Below are positions 24,170-36,659 of a stretch of 64,000 nt of DNA, piece after piece. A program made the translations under genes and the position numbers. The stretch is from Sminthopsis crassicaudata (taxonomy: Eukaryota): NCBI RefSeq assembly GCF_048593235.1, contig NC_133621.1, positions 65,773,148 through 65,837,147 of the forward strand. The letters run 5' to 3'. The notes under the pieces are model-generated. The model saw only the letters and a list, made by a program, of their open reading frames with translations. It was not told the DNA's origin and made no database searches. Numbering within the stretch: the stretch's first letter is position 1; each line of letters starts with the position of its first letter.

Positions 24170-24330
24170 TATTTAAAAAATGTAAATATAATTTATGTAA
24201 ATATATAAACAATTTATATAAATATACACATATATAAATAATAGAATATGCATATAATTTATATAAACATAAATATACTTATAAATAATGCATTATAAAC
24301 CATAATATAATTCATATCAATATAAATGCT
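24170..24330. repeat. AT-rich low-complexity tract
   Basis: Degenerate ATATAAAT-type units with almost no G. Confidence 0.85.
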
Positions 24331-24604
24331 GGCCAGTTATTATTATTGTTGCATTTATTACAATGCAAGTATGATTATGACTTCAGTTTTTTGTTCTTAT
24401 ACATTCTCATCCATTCTACATTTAATCCTTCAAATCACAAACAGAGGAAACTGACAACTATTTGCTAAATCTATTTCTTTTCATTGAAATGGGGACTATG
24501 TTTTATTTTTAGAAAGGCAATAAGACTGTGACTTAGTAATAATAATAATAAATACATAATAACATAAAGCTTTCAAGTTTTAAAGCACTTTTATTTATTT
24601 AATT

Positions 24605-25135
24605 TTAATCAATCAACAAGAATTTATTAAGCAACTGCTGTATATCAGATTCTGTATTATGCACTAGGGATACAAATACAAAAATAAAACAGCCCTTACC
24701 TCCAAGCAACTTATACTCTGCTAGTGTTTTATATGATGTTCGTGGGCAAGTACAGACTATATATATACAGTAAAGTACATAGAAATTTGCCTAGCCAGTA
24801 GGGGACTCAAAGAAGCCCATCAGGGAGTCCATCCTTGAACTTGGTAGAAGCAAGGGGTTGCAAGAAGTAAGGGTGAGGAGAGAGAGAATTCCAAATGTGG
24901 AGAGAGGGAGTATAAGACAGAAGTTGGAATGTCATGAATGGGGAATAATAAGTTTGTCATTGTCACTCATGCCATTATGTAATGAGAACATGTGGAATAT
25001 ATAATGAGGAATAATATATAATTAGCCTAAAAAACATAGACTGAACTCAAGATTATAAAGGGATTTAAAATATCAAGGAAAAGAATTTGTATTTTGTCCT
25101 AAGGACAATGGGGAGCCACTGAAACTTCATTTGAG
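24605..25135 (-). mobile_element. L2 3' fragment
   Basis: AATCAATCAACAAGAATTTATTAAGCA...GGGATACAAATACAAAAAT...GGGGAGCCACTGAA. Confidence 0.8.
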
Positions 25136-26194
25136 CCACATGAAACAGCTACTACATTTATTATTATAATTATCATTTTACAGATGAGGACACTGAGGCT
25201 CAGAGACTTTAACTGATTTGTTCACAGCCACACAGTAAAATAAAGTATCAAGTGCAACCCCAGGTATTCAATCCCAGATTCTAGCCACTGAATCACCTAT
25301 TTAAGCTATGTTTATTATAATCTAAAGCTTCCCACACCCCCAGAATATAATCACATTCCTAGTTTTCTGAGTATTTTCTAAATTGTCTTTCAAACTTATT
25401 ATTGAACAATATTATAACAAAAACTATGTAAACTAGGAAACGTACTGACTCTACTTATTATTCAAAGCTCAAGGATGCCTGACAAATTATAACCCCTTTG
25501 AAGTAAGCAATGTGATAGTAATATGGTGTCAGGTTGGAGAAAACAGATAATAAGCACAGGCAGATATATGACTTGCATTTCTTTGCTGTCTATCTTAATT
25601 CGGATGGAGAGCTTTTTATCCCTTTTTTTTGGCTGGTAATAGTGAAAGATAATCTTTTTATTTCTAATGATGGTTTGTTGTTGTTTCTAAGCCCTTTCTG
25701 AATCTTTCTGTCCCATAAACTGACTTCAGGATTCTGAGAGTGCAACATACTATTGCTGTTTGGAGTTCATAATGTAGCACTGACTGGATATTATACAAAA
25801 ACAAAAAACCCATTTTTTAAAATACAGAATGAATGTAGTTTCCTGGGATCCATTAAACATCCAGCATCTGATTGTAATGTAATAAGATTGGTCCAAGCTT
25901 AAATGTCTCTGTCACTTGAATTGTTCATCTGGTCCCTGCTTATAACTATTTTCCAGTGTTCTTATTACTGACATGAATGGTAAATCAATGGGGCACTTAA
26001 AAAAAAAAAACAACTATCCTCCATGAATTTGGGTCAATTGCATTAAAGTACACCAGACTGGCAGTTTTAATGAGAAGAACAGAACCCAAAGAAGCCTACC
26101 AGAAACAGATTTTTTAAAAAGCACAATGGTATTGGTTATGTGAATCTCCCTCATGTGACAGCCACAATGTGGTTATAGTTAATGTTCATAAGGA

Positions 26195-26600
26195 TTCGCA
26201 TCATAGATCTAGAGTTGGAAAAGACCCTGAAAGCCCTTCTCTTTTAACCTCTTCCTTCCACAGAAGAAAAAAAGGGAGACTAAGCTGCTGTCCCAAGGTT
26301 AGGAAATCAGCATCAGAAATGGGATCTGAATCCCACTATACCAATGCTAGGGCCTTGCTTCTGATGTTAACTGTCATCTCTTCTTTGAGATGTTATTTTA
26401 TGTTCTCTGTGTCATTGGACTGTGAGTTCCTTGAGGGCAGGATCATATTTTGCCTTCAATTATATCACAATCCCTGGAACAAAGTGAACTCTTAATAAAT
26501 GCTTAACTGTCAGTATCACCCTAAATCTCTTTGGGACTCGGCTTCCTGATCTGAAAGACTATGGAATTAAAGTTGATCCCTAAGGTTTATCACATCTCCC
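26195..26600. mobile_element. MIR3 (-), L2 3' end (+), MIR3 tail (+)
   Basis: CATAGATCTAGAGTTGGAAAAGACC, and GGACTGTGAGTTCCTTGAGGGCAGG. Confidence 0.65.
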
Positions 26601-26869
26601 AAAAGCTAGGATACATAGGTTCCATTTTGGAGCACTCAGGTTATATTCCATTGGAATGAGAACTCTTGGAACCATGATTGCTATCTTAAAAGAAAACCAA
26701 TCTTATAAAGATGTAATTGATTGGGTAAATAAAGGAGAGAGAACATGCCATAAACCATTTATTTTTAGTGTTTTTTTTTCTGGATCCTCTGTCCCAACCA
26801 AGTCCTCCAGCAGTTGGAGACCTGCAAAGATGCAGATTCTGATACTTTTCTCTTGGAAGGGGAATTAGG

Positions 26870-27098
26870 CAGTATAAAGTATCTACTATGTATCAAGAAC
26901 TGTGCTGAGTGCTTTACTGATATCATCTCCTTGTAACCTTGGGAGATAGGGGCTTTATTATCCCCATTTTACAGTTGAGGAAATTGAGGCAAACAGAATT
27001 TAAGTGATTTGCCCAGGGTCACACAGTATCTGAGGTTAGATTTCAATTCAGATCTTCTTGAGTTCAGGGCCAGAGGTTTCTCTATTGTACCGCTTCCT
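26870..27098 (-). mobile_element. MIR-family CORE-SINE
   Basis: CCCCATTTTACAGTTGAGGAAATTGAGGCAAACAG...TTGCCCAGGGTCACACAG. Confidence 0.8.
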
Positions 27099-27184
27099 CT
27101 GGACAAGCTTTGAGGACATTATGTTGCATTCTTGGGAGACATCCCAGTGGTATATGTGCCCAGTACCTTCACTTTGGTTATTGC

Positions 27185-27352
27185 TTGTTGTTGTCATTTT
27201 CAGTCATGTCTGATTCTTCATGAGCCCTTTTGGAGGTTTTCTTGCTAATGTTACTGGAGTGATTTGCCATTTCCTTCACTAACTCCTTTTACAGATGAGG
27301 AAACTGAGGCAAACAGACTTAAGTGACTTGCCCAGGGTCACACTTCTAGTAG
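27185..27352 (-). mobile_element. Mar1-type SINE (BovB/RTE tail)
   Basis: TTGTTGTTG...CAGTCATGTCTGATTCTTCATGA...GGTTTTCTTG...ACTGGAGTGATTTGCCATTTCCTTC. Confidence 0.8.
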
Positions 27353-27581
27353 CTTACTGATGTACAAGATGAGATTTTATCACTATGTAAATGTGAGAAG
27401 GGCAGCCCTTTATCAGAGTAGAAAATCCATTCATTCAAAGTTCCAGTGAGAGGATAACCCTCATGATAAGTAAGTTATATTTAAAATAGAAATAATCCAG
27501 ATATGGCAATCTGACCTTCTTGGTTCTCTCTCACTGAAACTCAAAGGAATAAAGAAGCAGTAATAGTAATACTTATTTATA

Positions 27582-28130
27582 TGGAAGCTAGATGGCACAG
27601 TGTTTAGAGTGCTGGACCGTGAAGCAGGAAAACTTGAATTGAAGTCCTATTTCAAAGAGTTGTATGAGTTTTGGCAAGTCACTTTACTTCAGGCTTGCCC
27701 TGTTTTCTCATCTGTGAAATGGAGATAATAATAATACCATCCAGAGTTATCGTGAAGACAAAATGAGATCATATTTGCAATGCTCTTTGTAAATCTTAAA
27801 GCACTATATAAATCTGAGCTATTGTGCTCAGCATTGTCATTGTTATTCATTATTATCATCATAGTGTTTGGAAGTTTGCAAAGGACATTTAAGATTTAAA
27901 AACCTAAAGTTGCATTAAAACTTTTGGGACACCCTATTTTACCTTCTTTGAGTCTCATAAAACTCTATGAAGTAGCCACCTTGAGGTAGATACCATAGAT
28001 TCCCATTTGACAGATAATGAAACTATTGTCCAGACAGGTGAGGTTAAGGGATTTGTTTAGAAGTGTCAAAAGTAGGATTATAAACCAATTTTTCATGATT
28101 CTATCAATCAACTATGCAGTGCCATATCAT
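27582..28130. mobile_element. MIR (+, about 27582-27815) and MIR (-, about 27850-28130)
   Basis: Standard head, core and tail motifs. Confidence 0.65.
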
Positions 28131-28131
28131 A

Positions 28132-28160
28132 CCATGCCATGCCATGCCATGCCATGCCAT
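28132..28160. repeat. (CCATG)n pentanucleotide repeat
   Basis: Direct reading, at the head of the minus-strand MIR. Confidence 0.9.
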
Positions 28161-29829
28161 ATCACATTATACTACATTAGCTAATTTCATTGATTTCCTG
28201 ACAATATAGGTACTAAACAAAATTGACCAGGGCTAGCCTTATTGATGATGTCAATTCTATTCCCTAAAGGAAAGAGGATTATTTCATTTCAGTTGCTTAT
28301 TTCATTCACAGCATTTCTGTCAATACTTCCACAAGAGAAAGCGATTAACAGCCTTTTACTAATGTTGTTAATAATTGTGCTGAGATTATCTTTCCAAGAA
28401 AGCTTGAAAATCTAACTCTTCTCAAGTGTCAAGGATAAAAGTCTATGACTTCTTGTTACACATTTACCCTCCAGGGCATAGATTCAGTTTTCAAGCCTGT
28501 TTAGGGATATGCTTGGAGCTCTGTGATAGCTGGGCTCAGTAGCAGAATGAAGCAGGTAATGACAGACATTGCTCTGACTTTTCTGCCTTAGGGGATATCT
28601 TAAAGACATGAACAATATTTCTGTATCTTCCAGGGGATTTTCAAACTTTTAAATTTGTGAATACCAGTTTCCTTTATAATACCCTCATTTGTTTCTAAAA
28701 AGCAATCTTGCTTTCTAGCTACAAGGTTAAAAAAAATCTTTGAACAGAATTGAAGGAACTGCTAGACTCCTTGTTTCAATAATAGTCTGTTCCTCTTCAG
28801 CCAGTGTCAAAGACAGTTAGTCACCACCCTCCTTCAGAGGCTACTAGAGAATATGCCCAGATTTCATGCTAATCATTTGGTATTTCTATACCATTTTCTA
28901 CTTCAATAAATAAAACATATGCATGTATCCTTACCATAGTTTGGGTAAAAGTCCCAGGAGTTACTCTGAGTGCTATATTTAGCCATAGAGAAACTGTTGG
29001 GAAGAGAATGTGAAAATAGTTACTGAAAATGTGTAGTCAGGTTCTTTAACTGGCAGGACAGCTTGCTTTATTGGGAATGAGCTCTCTATAGTTAGCAAAA
29101 TGATGGTACCATTCTGAGCCAGAATAAGTTATTTAGGCACCCAGGGGAGCATTTAAAAATTATGCTTTCTCTATGTTAAACTTTCACTGAAATACGAGTG
29201 ACTTGAGATCACCGAATCAGTGTCTACATGACACAGAAAGGAAAATTTCTTGATATTAAAATAGGTTGCTTTGTAAAAATTGGTAGTTTATAATATCCAT
29301 TATTATACATATATAAATGCAGTCATGTTGTGCTCTCAATAGTTTCCATATTACTCACCTCTATTTCTGGCATTTGTACTAGTCTTCAAGTAGTCATTGT
29401 CAGAAAGGGATATAGTCACTCAGAATGAAAGTGAAGGTTAATCTTGAAGCAATCTTCTCAGTTACCCACATATAAGTATGTCTGCTGTATGTCAGTCTTT
29501 AGATATCTATTTCTAATGCACATATTTGTAGATTGTCCCTTTGATATGTCTATTCCAATGGAATGGATGGCTAAATAATTGTATTCTAACTTATTTGGTG
29601 GCTGCTACCTTTATTACAGATTATTAGGATATAGATGCTTATGGAGCCCAGAAAAGTAAAGTATGGCTTCTTTCTGTCTGTTCTGAAAGCTAGGTATTAT
29701 TGTTATTATAAACATCTGTTGATACTTGAAAAACCCATTTTAGGACAGTTAAATTAAAATTTATATTAATAGGAGGATCTTCAAAGTGTGTGTGTGGGGG
29801 GGAATTCTTGATTTGCAAATTCTTACACA

Positions 29830-30230
29830 TTCAGTAGTCAATACACATTTATTATGTGCTTACTATGTGCCAGGCATTGTGTTAAATTCTAGAAGTAAAA
29901 ATACAAGATGAAAGAAAAATAACTCCTACTCTAATGGGAGTAGACAGTATAGAAAGAAGTTGAAAGTGGGTATAAGGGTAGAGGGAAGGATTAAGGATCA
30001 GAGAGGAGAAGATCTGTATGGGGGCATAGAAGAGAAAAATTTAAAGGATTGAATACATGGCTGGTCTAAACAGTTCTCTTAAAATGGAGGTTCTGGGAAA
30101 AATCGGAGAAAGGGGCTGCTGGAGCAGAATGTACTTCCAGTGTAAGAAGTTCAAAAGTAGGATGAACTTTCAAGATGAGGAACATGTCATGTCATGGAAG
30201 AGAATGTCCAGAATCAGAAGTTAGAACTAG
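29830..30230 (-). mobile_element. L2 3' fragment
   Basis: CATTTATTATGTGCTTACTATGTGCCAGGCATTGTG.... Confidence 0.7.
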
Positions 30231-30329
30231 ATAACGTTGTGTAGTACAAAGAACATTTTGAAGTTGAGACTTTTGGGTTCTAATCCTTACTCTGACATTT
30301 ATTCTTTTTGAGTTTCAATTTCATTAGCA

Positions 30330-30900
30330 AGTCTCAATCACTCAAGGGATTTGTGATTTCATTGATTTATATGTTCCCTCCAGTTACAATGCCTATCACA
30401 ACCTATCATGTCCTCCTATAAGTTTGATGTGAGATTCCACCCAGTGTGCTTTGGGATCATCTTCATTTTCTCCTTATATTGTGAGATTACCAATGGAGTG
30501 TCTAAGTGTTTTTCAAACTTCCTTATTTGTGACATGCTATAAGTTGCTCACACTCATCGTGCATTTCTCCATTGTCTTTTAGGTCACATTCATTTTTAAT
30601 TCCTCAGAAACTGTTTTGTCTAATTATAACCAGGTAATGCTAGTAGAAAATTGGTGTTAAAAAGATGTCTTGTTTCTTAAAAAAAAAGTTTAGGATCATT
30701 AAAGGAGTTTTACAATTTCCTGAAAGCAATCCAGTCCACTTTTCCATCCTGTTTAATTTTGGGTTTGATTCTTTATCTACTTGTACTATCTGTCCCATCA
30801 TATTCATACTGGGTCTGCAAACTCTACAATTCGTCCATCTAACTATGTGATAATCTTTGCAACAAGCATTATTCATCCACTTGCTTTTTCCTATGTAGTT
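30330..30900 (-). mobile_element. RTE-clade LINE 3' fragment
   Basis: ORF 30640-30876 GQIVQVDKESNPKLNR...GNCKTP resembles RTE RT (QMDNELGPELNRR). The 3' tail resembles the copy at 10400. Confidence 0.65.
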
Positions 30901-31339
30901 GGTAAGACCAAATTCCTTTGAGTGTTATGGTTTTGTTTTTTTTTCCAGGAGATTCCCACATTTTGGGAGGACTTGATGTCATTAGCACAATGCCATATAT
31001 AAACAAAAATATTTCTGATATCTGCAACATAAGATAATGATATCTGTATTATTAATCCTGAGTTATTTTTGAGAAAAACATCTTACAGACAGACCTTCAA
31101 GTGACAGAAAAACATGAAATGTTATGCATACCCAGAAGATATCAAGGAGCTATATAAAGTAACAACTGAAAATAGGAAGAGTCAGCCTAAAATTTAGAGT
31201 CAGGATATCAGAGAAGTCAATAAAATAAAATAAACACAAAGTTGGACAGGTCAAATTCCTTATTTATGAATAATATGCTAATGAAATCAGAGCCTCATCA
31301 TCCAATAAGATTTTTTTTTATTTTTTATTTCAATATTTA

Positions 31340-31590
31340 TTATTGCAGTTCTGAAAGTGAGTCCAGGAACATTTATTTATGTATTTATGAGGTCAAACTA
31401 TTTTTCATGAAAAATACCAAAATATTATGATTTCTAATGTGATAAATTTATTCTACTATGTCTAATAAATTTATTCTAATATGATAAATAGACATAGATA
31501 GATAGATATGTATAGCCTATACAAATAAAAGTACTTTGGTGTCCTCAGTGATTTTTAAGAGTATAAAGGAGTCTTTGAGAACTGCCTAGC
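31340..31590. mobile_element. hAT-Charlie-like DNA transposon remnant
   Basis: TGAGGTCAAACTATTTTTCAT and AAAAGTACTTTGGTGTCCTCAGTGATTTTTAAGAGTATAAAGG...TTTGAGAAC resemble Charlie1 ends. Confidence 0.5.
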
Positions 31591-31715
31591 TTGATCCAAT
31601 ACCCTCAAAATAACTCAGATAATTTTGTCAGCAAAAAATCTTCAATCTAGAAACATTTAAGTGCCATACACTGTGCTAAGAATTGGGGATACAAAAAAAA
31701 AAAAAAGACAAAAGA

Positions 31716-31868
31716 TCCTGGGCAAGTCACTTAGCTGTTTGCCTGGGTCCTTCATCTGTGATGTGAGCTGGAGAAGGAAATAGCAAATCACTTCAGCATC
31801 TTTGTCAAGAAAGCCCAAGTGGGGTCACAAAAAAATGGATACAGCTGAAAGGAATGAACAACAACAAA
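31716..31868 (+). mobile_element. Mar1-type SINE 3' part
   Basis: GCTGGAGAAGGAAATAGCAAA...GGGGTCAC...GAACAACAACAA. Confidence 0.85.
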
Positions 31869-31988
31869 GTAGGAAGGAAGACCTTATTAATGCTAGTTAA
31901 GGCTGAATCACCAGGCATTACTCTTTTTTGTAGCTGGAGAAGATGAGGAAAAAGTGTATTACATCTGTGGGTCAGCCAATGGAAAGGT

Positions 31989-32163
31989 NNNNNNNNNNNN
32001 NNNNNNNNNNNNNNNNNNNNNNNNNNNNNNNNNNNNNNNNNNNNNNNNNNNNNNNNNNNNNNNNNNNNNNNNNNNNNNNNNNNNNNNNNNNNNNNNNNNN
32101 NNNNNNNNNNNNNNNNNNNNNNNNNNNNNNNNNNNNNNNNNNNNNNNNNNNNNNNNNNNNNNN
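31989..32163. other. assembly gap
   Basis: N run. Confidence 1.
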
Positions 32164-32850
32164 AGTCCAGGTTGGATTGTGGGGTGTGGGAGGGGCAGTA
32201 AAGCACTAATATAAACCTGATTGGAAGCTAAATCAGGGCCAGCTTTTAAAGCTAAATAAACAAAAAAATTTATGTTATCCTAAAGTCAATAGGAAGCCAC
32301 TGGAGTTATCAAATAAGGATGTCTCATTGTTAGAAGTGTACTTAAGCAAAATCACTTTGGCAGCTCTTTGGAGGATAGACTGGATGGGAAAGATAGACCA
32401 GGAAACCTTAGGGGGCCTTTCAATTAGCAAAGAGAGAGGTGATGAGGGACAGAATTAGGGTGGTGACTGAGTGAATAAAAAGAAGGGGGCAGGTATGAGG
32501 GAATTAGTGCATCAAGATAAAAACAGTAAGATTTTAAAAACTGCTTGGATTGAATAGAAAAGAAAAATGAGAGGTTGAGGAAAATGCTGAGGTTATAAAT
32601 CTAGGAGACCAGAAGAATAGTGCCTTCTAAAGAAGTGGAAAAACTCAGAAAAGAAGTGACTTTGGGCAAAGGATAATGAAAACATGTTGAATTTGAGATA
32701 TCTTTGAAATATCCAGTAATGAAATATACAATGGGCAATTGAGGACCCAGGACTGAAGAAGAGAAAGATTGGATATGGAGATATAGAGATTGGATATAGA
32801 GTTCTACATAGAGATGATAATTAAATGGATAGGAGTTGATGATGTTGTTA
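32164..32850 (-). mobile_element. L2 fragment
   Basis: GGAAGCCACTGGAG...AAATCACTTTGGCAGCT...TTGAATTTGAGATATCT...GAGATGATAATTAAA. Confidence 0.75.
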
Positions 32851-32959
32851 GATGAAAATGAATATGTCTGTATAAGTATATGTGTGTGTATGTGTGTATG
32901 TGAGTATATTCCAGGATAGCATCTTAGACAATAGATATTAGACCAGTATGTATTTTAAG

Positions 32960-33135
32960 CTTTTTTTTTATTGAAGTTTTTTTAATTTTCAAAACATAAG
33001 CAAGAATATTTTTTTCAACATTGACCCCTGAAAAAAATTCTTATTCCAATTTCTTCCCTTTCCTCTCACCCCCTCCCCTAGATGGCATGTAATCCAATAT
33101 ATGTTAAACATGGTAAAAATACATGTTAAATCCAA
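32960..33135 (-). mobile_element. L1 3' stub
   Basis: TTTTCAAAACATA...CAACATTGACCC...CCCCTAGATGGC...ATGTTAAACATGG. Confidence 0.85.
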
Positions 33136-33460
33136 AATAGTAGGCTAATATATCTCAATCTAACATAATTTATGATAAGTGCTACATGGGTAGCATAAAA
33201 ATAAGAGCAATAGAAGTATTATAATTCTAAATCCAATTCTACTGACTTACTATGTCAACACCTGAGGCAAATAATTCAGCTTGTGTTTGCTCATCTATAA
33301 AACTGGAATGATACAACTACCCAGTTCATGGAGAAGTTGTAAGAACTAACCAGAATTCCAAAGTTCTTTGTAATTATTAATTACAATGGAACTTGAGGTT
33401 TATGAAACTGGACTCTGCCTTTATATGAAAAAGGCAAGTAATTTTAGGAAGTGTACTTTA

Positions 33461-33535
33461 GGGGCAGCTGGGTGGTGCAGTAGCTAGAGTACCAGCCCTG
33501 AAGTCAGGAGGACCTGAGTTCAAATATAGCCTCAG
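33461..33535 (+). mobile_element. WSINE1-type SINE 5' half
   Basis: GGGGCAGCTGGGTGGTGCAGT...GAAGTCAGGAGGACCTGAGTTCAAAT, running into the gap. Confidence 0.9.
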
Positions 33536-33674
33536 NNNNNNNNNNNNNNNNNNNNNNNNNNNNNNNNNNNNNNNNNNNNNNNNNNNNNNNNNNNNNNNNN
33601 NNNNNNNNNNNNNNNNNNNNNNNNNNNNNNNNNNNNNNNNNNNNNNNNNNNNNNNNNNNNNNNNNNNNNNNNNN
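33536..33674. other. assembly gap
   Basis: N run. Confidence 1.
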
Positions 33675-33675
33675 C

Positions 33676-34470
33676 CATTGAACATAATTATCAGTATTCC
33701 TGATCTTTATCTGTCCACTGGATCCTGATGGCTCTGGAGGTTGGTGACTTTGCACAGCCCTCCCTCCCTTAAACCCAACTCACTTGTATGTCATGGCATC
33801 ACTTCCCTGAGGTCATGGTCCTTGCAACAAACAGCAGCTTCTGTGAGCAGAGCCACTTGGACAGCACAGGTCATCCTATCTCTCTGTCTCTGTGTGTTTC
33901 TCGGCCTCTCTCTTTCCATGTAGGGTATTGTATCATACCCTCACCTGCAAGGGCTCTGCCCAAAGGAATATAGTTGTTATTTTTTTGTTTGTTTGTTTGT
34001 TTTTAATGGTTGAAACCTCTTAAGATATCTGGGGATTTACTGGCTACATTTTTTTTAAGGACCAAGTCTTAAAACCAAATCACACTGTTTCTCATTGATT
34101 AACTATTTCTCATTGATTGGCCAACAATAGATCCCAGACTAAGCTCCAGTTGGTCAGAGTTTGACTCAAAGTGAAGGAAAATAGCAATTGTTTCTGCTTG
34201 GCCAGAAACTCTGGGGCTTTTTTTTTTTTTTTTTTTTTTTTGACTAGGTAAAAGAGACCAATATTTTCTTTAATTCTTACCTAGTCTTAATCATTGAATG
34301 GGTGTTGTCTCAGGCAAACTAAGACCTGGACTCAGATTGTGTAGAGGAGAAAGTGAAGCAAGTAACCTTGCACAGCCCTCTCTCACTTTAAATCCATTTC
34401 ACTTGCATGTCATTGCATCACCTTCCTGATGTCAGGACTTTCTTCCAGAAAGGACAAACAGCAATAAGGT
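33676..34470 (+). mobile_element. two WALLSI/RTE-derived SINE pieces (about 33676-33835 and 33990-34470)
   Basis: GACTTTGCACAGCCCTCCCTC and CTTACCTAGTCTTAATCATTGAATGGG...GAAAGGACAAACAGCAATAA. Confidence 0.7.
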
Positions 34471-34489
34471 CATCCATTATCCTAAAGTT

Positions 34490-34680
34490 GTAAGAGCCCT
34501 AGCCTACTGAGCTTAGTTCAAATATTAACTCTGACACTGATCAGCTGTGTGACCTTAGATAATTCACTTAACTTAGATCCTTCAGGCAATTCCCTAAAAT
34601 TTATCTACTAAAGCATTGGTGTGTTGTAATCTCCCAGCTTCAAGGGAGGGAATATCATATTCTGGACATCAGATTTTTAA
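34490..34680 (+). mobile_element. CORE-SINE with RTE-like tail (WALLSI4/Mar3 type)
   Basis: GTTCAAAT...GCTGTGTGACCTT...CAGGCAATTCCCTAA. Confidence 0.45.
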
Positions 34681-36591
34681 ATTCCATTATTCTATCTCAA
34701 CTAAAATCAAGAAAACTCATTTGTGTTTTGACTTTTACAGAGAGTACTTTACCCTAGATATTGAGACCCTCTGTTTTTAATACTTTATTTAAGATCTGAT
34801 TAATCACCCCATTATTGAACTAGCACCAGCACTACCATATAAGATCCAGTGGGTTTTCTTTGCTATAATAAATTCCAGAATTGGTAAAGACAATTTCAGT
34901 ACTGCAGCCTAAAGAAGCAGAGAAAAACAACAATGAACACATTGCCTGACACATTATTGAGCCATCTTTTAGTGGATAAAGTTCTCACATTCATGATATA
35001 AAATAAATATGAATTAAATATACAGGTAGTAACTAGCCGTATAAAAGCAGGATTTAAAAAAAAAACACATTAATAGTAGCTTTGTTTATGAATTGCATCT
35101 GTTCCAAGAAAGTTTAATATATTATGGCTCCAATGTGTGCCATATAGAGAAAAGAAATAATAGCGGCAGATTTAATACTACATCTGTGACTAGTTAGTTA
35201 TGGTAACCATCAGGTATGTGGTGGTTTCAGCAAAAGTTCTAATATACATTCCAGGCACCAAGAACTGTAGGGAAAACTGTAAAAAAAAAAATAATAATAA
35301 AAAAAAAAGGAAAAAACCCACACATTTAACTGGAGAATTAATACACTCACTAGTTTGAGAACTAAAACACAGATGCAGTTATTTCCTTGCTCATCATTAA
35401 AAACATACTACTTCTTCCCCTTCCTCTCCCCCATCCCATACTGTTCTATGTAGAATAAGTTGATGTGCTAAAACCATTGACTTGGATTGACTTCCCAAAC
35501 TGGTTACAATAATGAGATTTTCAGCAAGGAGAAATAGACTTTCCCTTGTTAAAAAAATAATAGCCGATTGCTATATTTTCAGGCTAAACCATTAGCATAT
35601 TTTCACTGGAGAGAAAAGAGGACAAAAGATTCAAAGTTGGAAAAAGACCCCTGCAATTGTGACAAAACTCTAATCATCATGTAAATGCTGCTACGGTAGC
35701 AAAAAGAATATTCAGCAGCTCCTTAGCTTGACCGAGGCTTTGGGTTTATTATGTTTGCTCTTTACATTTCAGTTGTTTCTGATGAAAACTTGATGAATCT
35801 GCTTGATTTTCTTTTCTGTCACTCAGATTATCTGGCTCAGTATTTTCCCACAAATCATAAATGAACTTTCTTTTTCATGTGGCATGGGGTGAGAGAGTTC
35901 CCTCCACTTTCTAGGTTTTGCTTTGATTTATTGGACAGGAAAGTTCATTTTCATGAGATTGAGCAAAACTCACAAATAGCAGAAAATATTAAGATTAAAC
36001 ACATTTAAAAAGAGACACCTAAGAAGAAAACAAATAGAATTTAAAAACAGAATTTAAGATAGATTTTATAAAAGTAAAAGTATGCCCACAAGACAAAGAA
36101 TTCAAGGAGGTTGGAAGGGTATTATTGAGGTAGGGACAACATAATGCCTTCTTTGCAACTCTTGGACTTCAGCGGCAGTCTTGATTCTGTGGGTAGTATT
36201 TTGTTTTTGATGATTGGGCCTTGATAGTATTAAGTATGGATGACTCTATTTCAAAGATGTGACTCACCTGCTCTTCTGAATATAAGTAGCACCACTAACT
36301 CACAAGAAGTACAAATCAGTTTAGAAATTGCCTTGTTATGTAATAATTTCCCTACTCACTTCATTTTACTATTCATAGATGTCACTGACCCAGTCAACAT
36401 CTATGAGTCACTCCTCCAGCCAACTGGCAATATTCTGCTAGTAGATACTGTGAGTGAAACATTTAGTTCACAGTTTGTATTTTCCCTATTTAAAAAAAAA
36501 TACCATAACAATAAAAATTTTAAATCTCTAATGGTTTTCATGTGATTCTTGGATAAGTGAGATATGAAATGTAGATGGGATGGTGGAGGGA

Positions 36592-36605
36592 TTCTCTCTC
36601 TCTCT

Positions 36606-36659
<54 letters not shown>
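36592..36659. repeat. (CT)n(CA)n compound microsatellite
   Basis: Direct reading. Confidence 0.95.

Noticed and set aside
31932-31988. TTTTTTGTAG| ... AAG|GT exon-like segment reading GEDEEKVYYICGSANGK
   Set aside because: It lies in L2-derived context, and the donor runs into an N gap so it cannot be evaluated.
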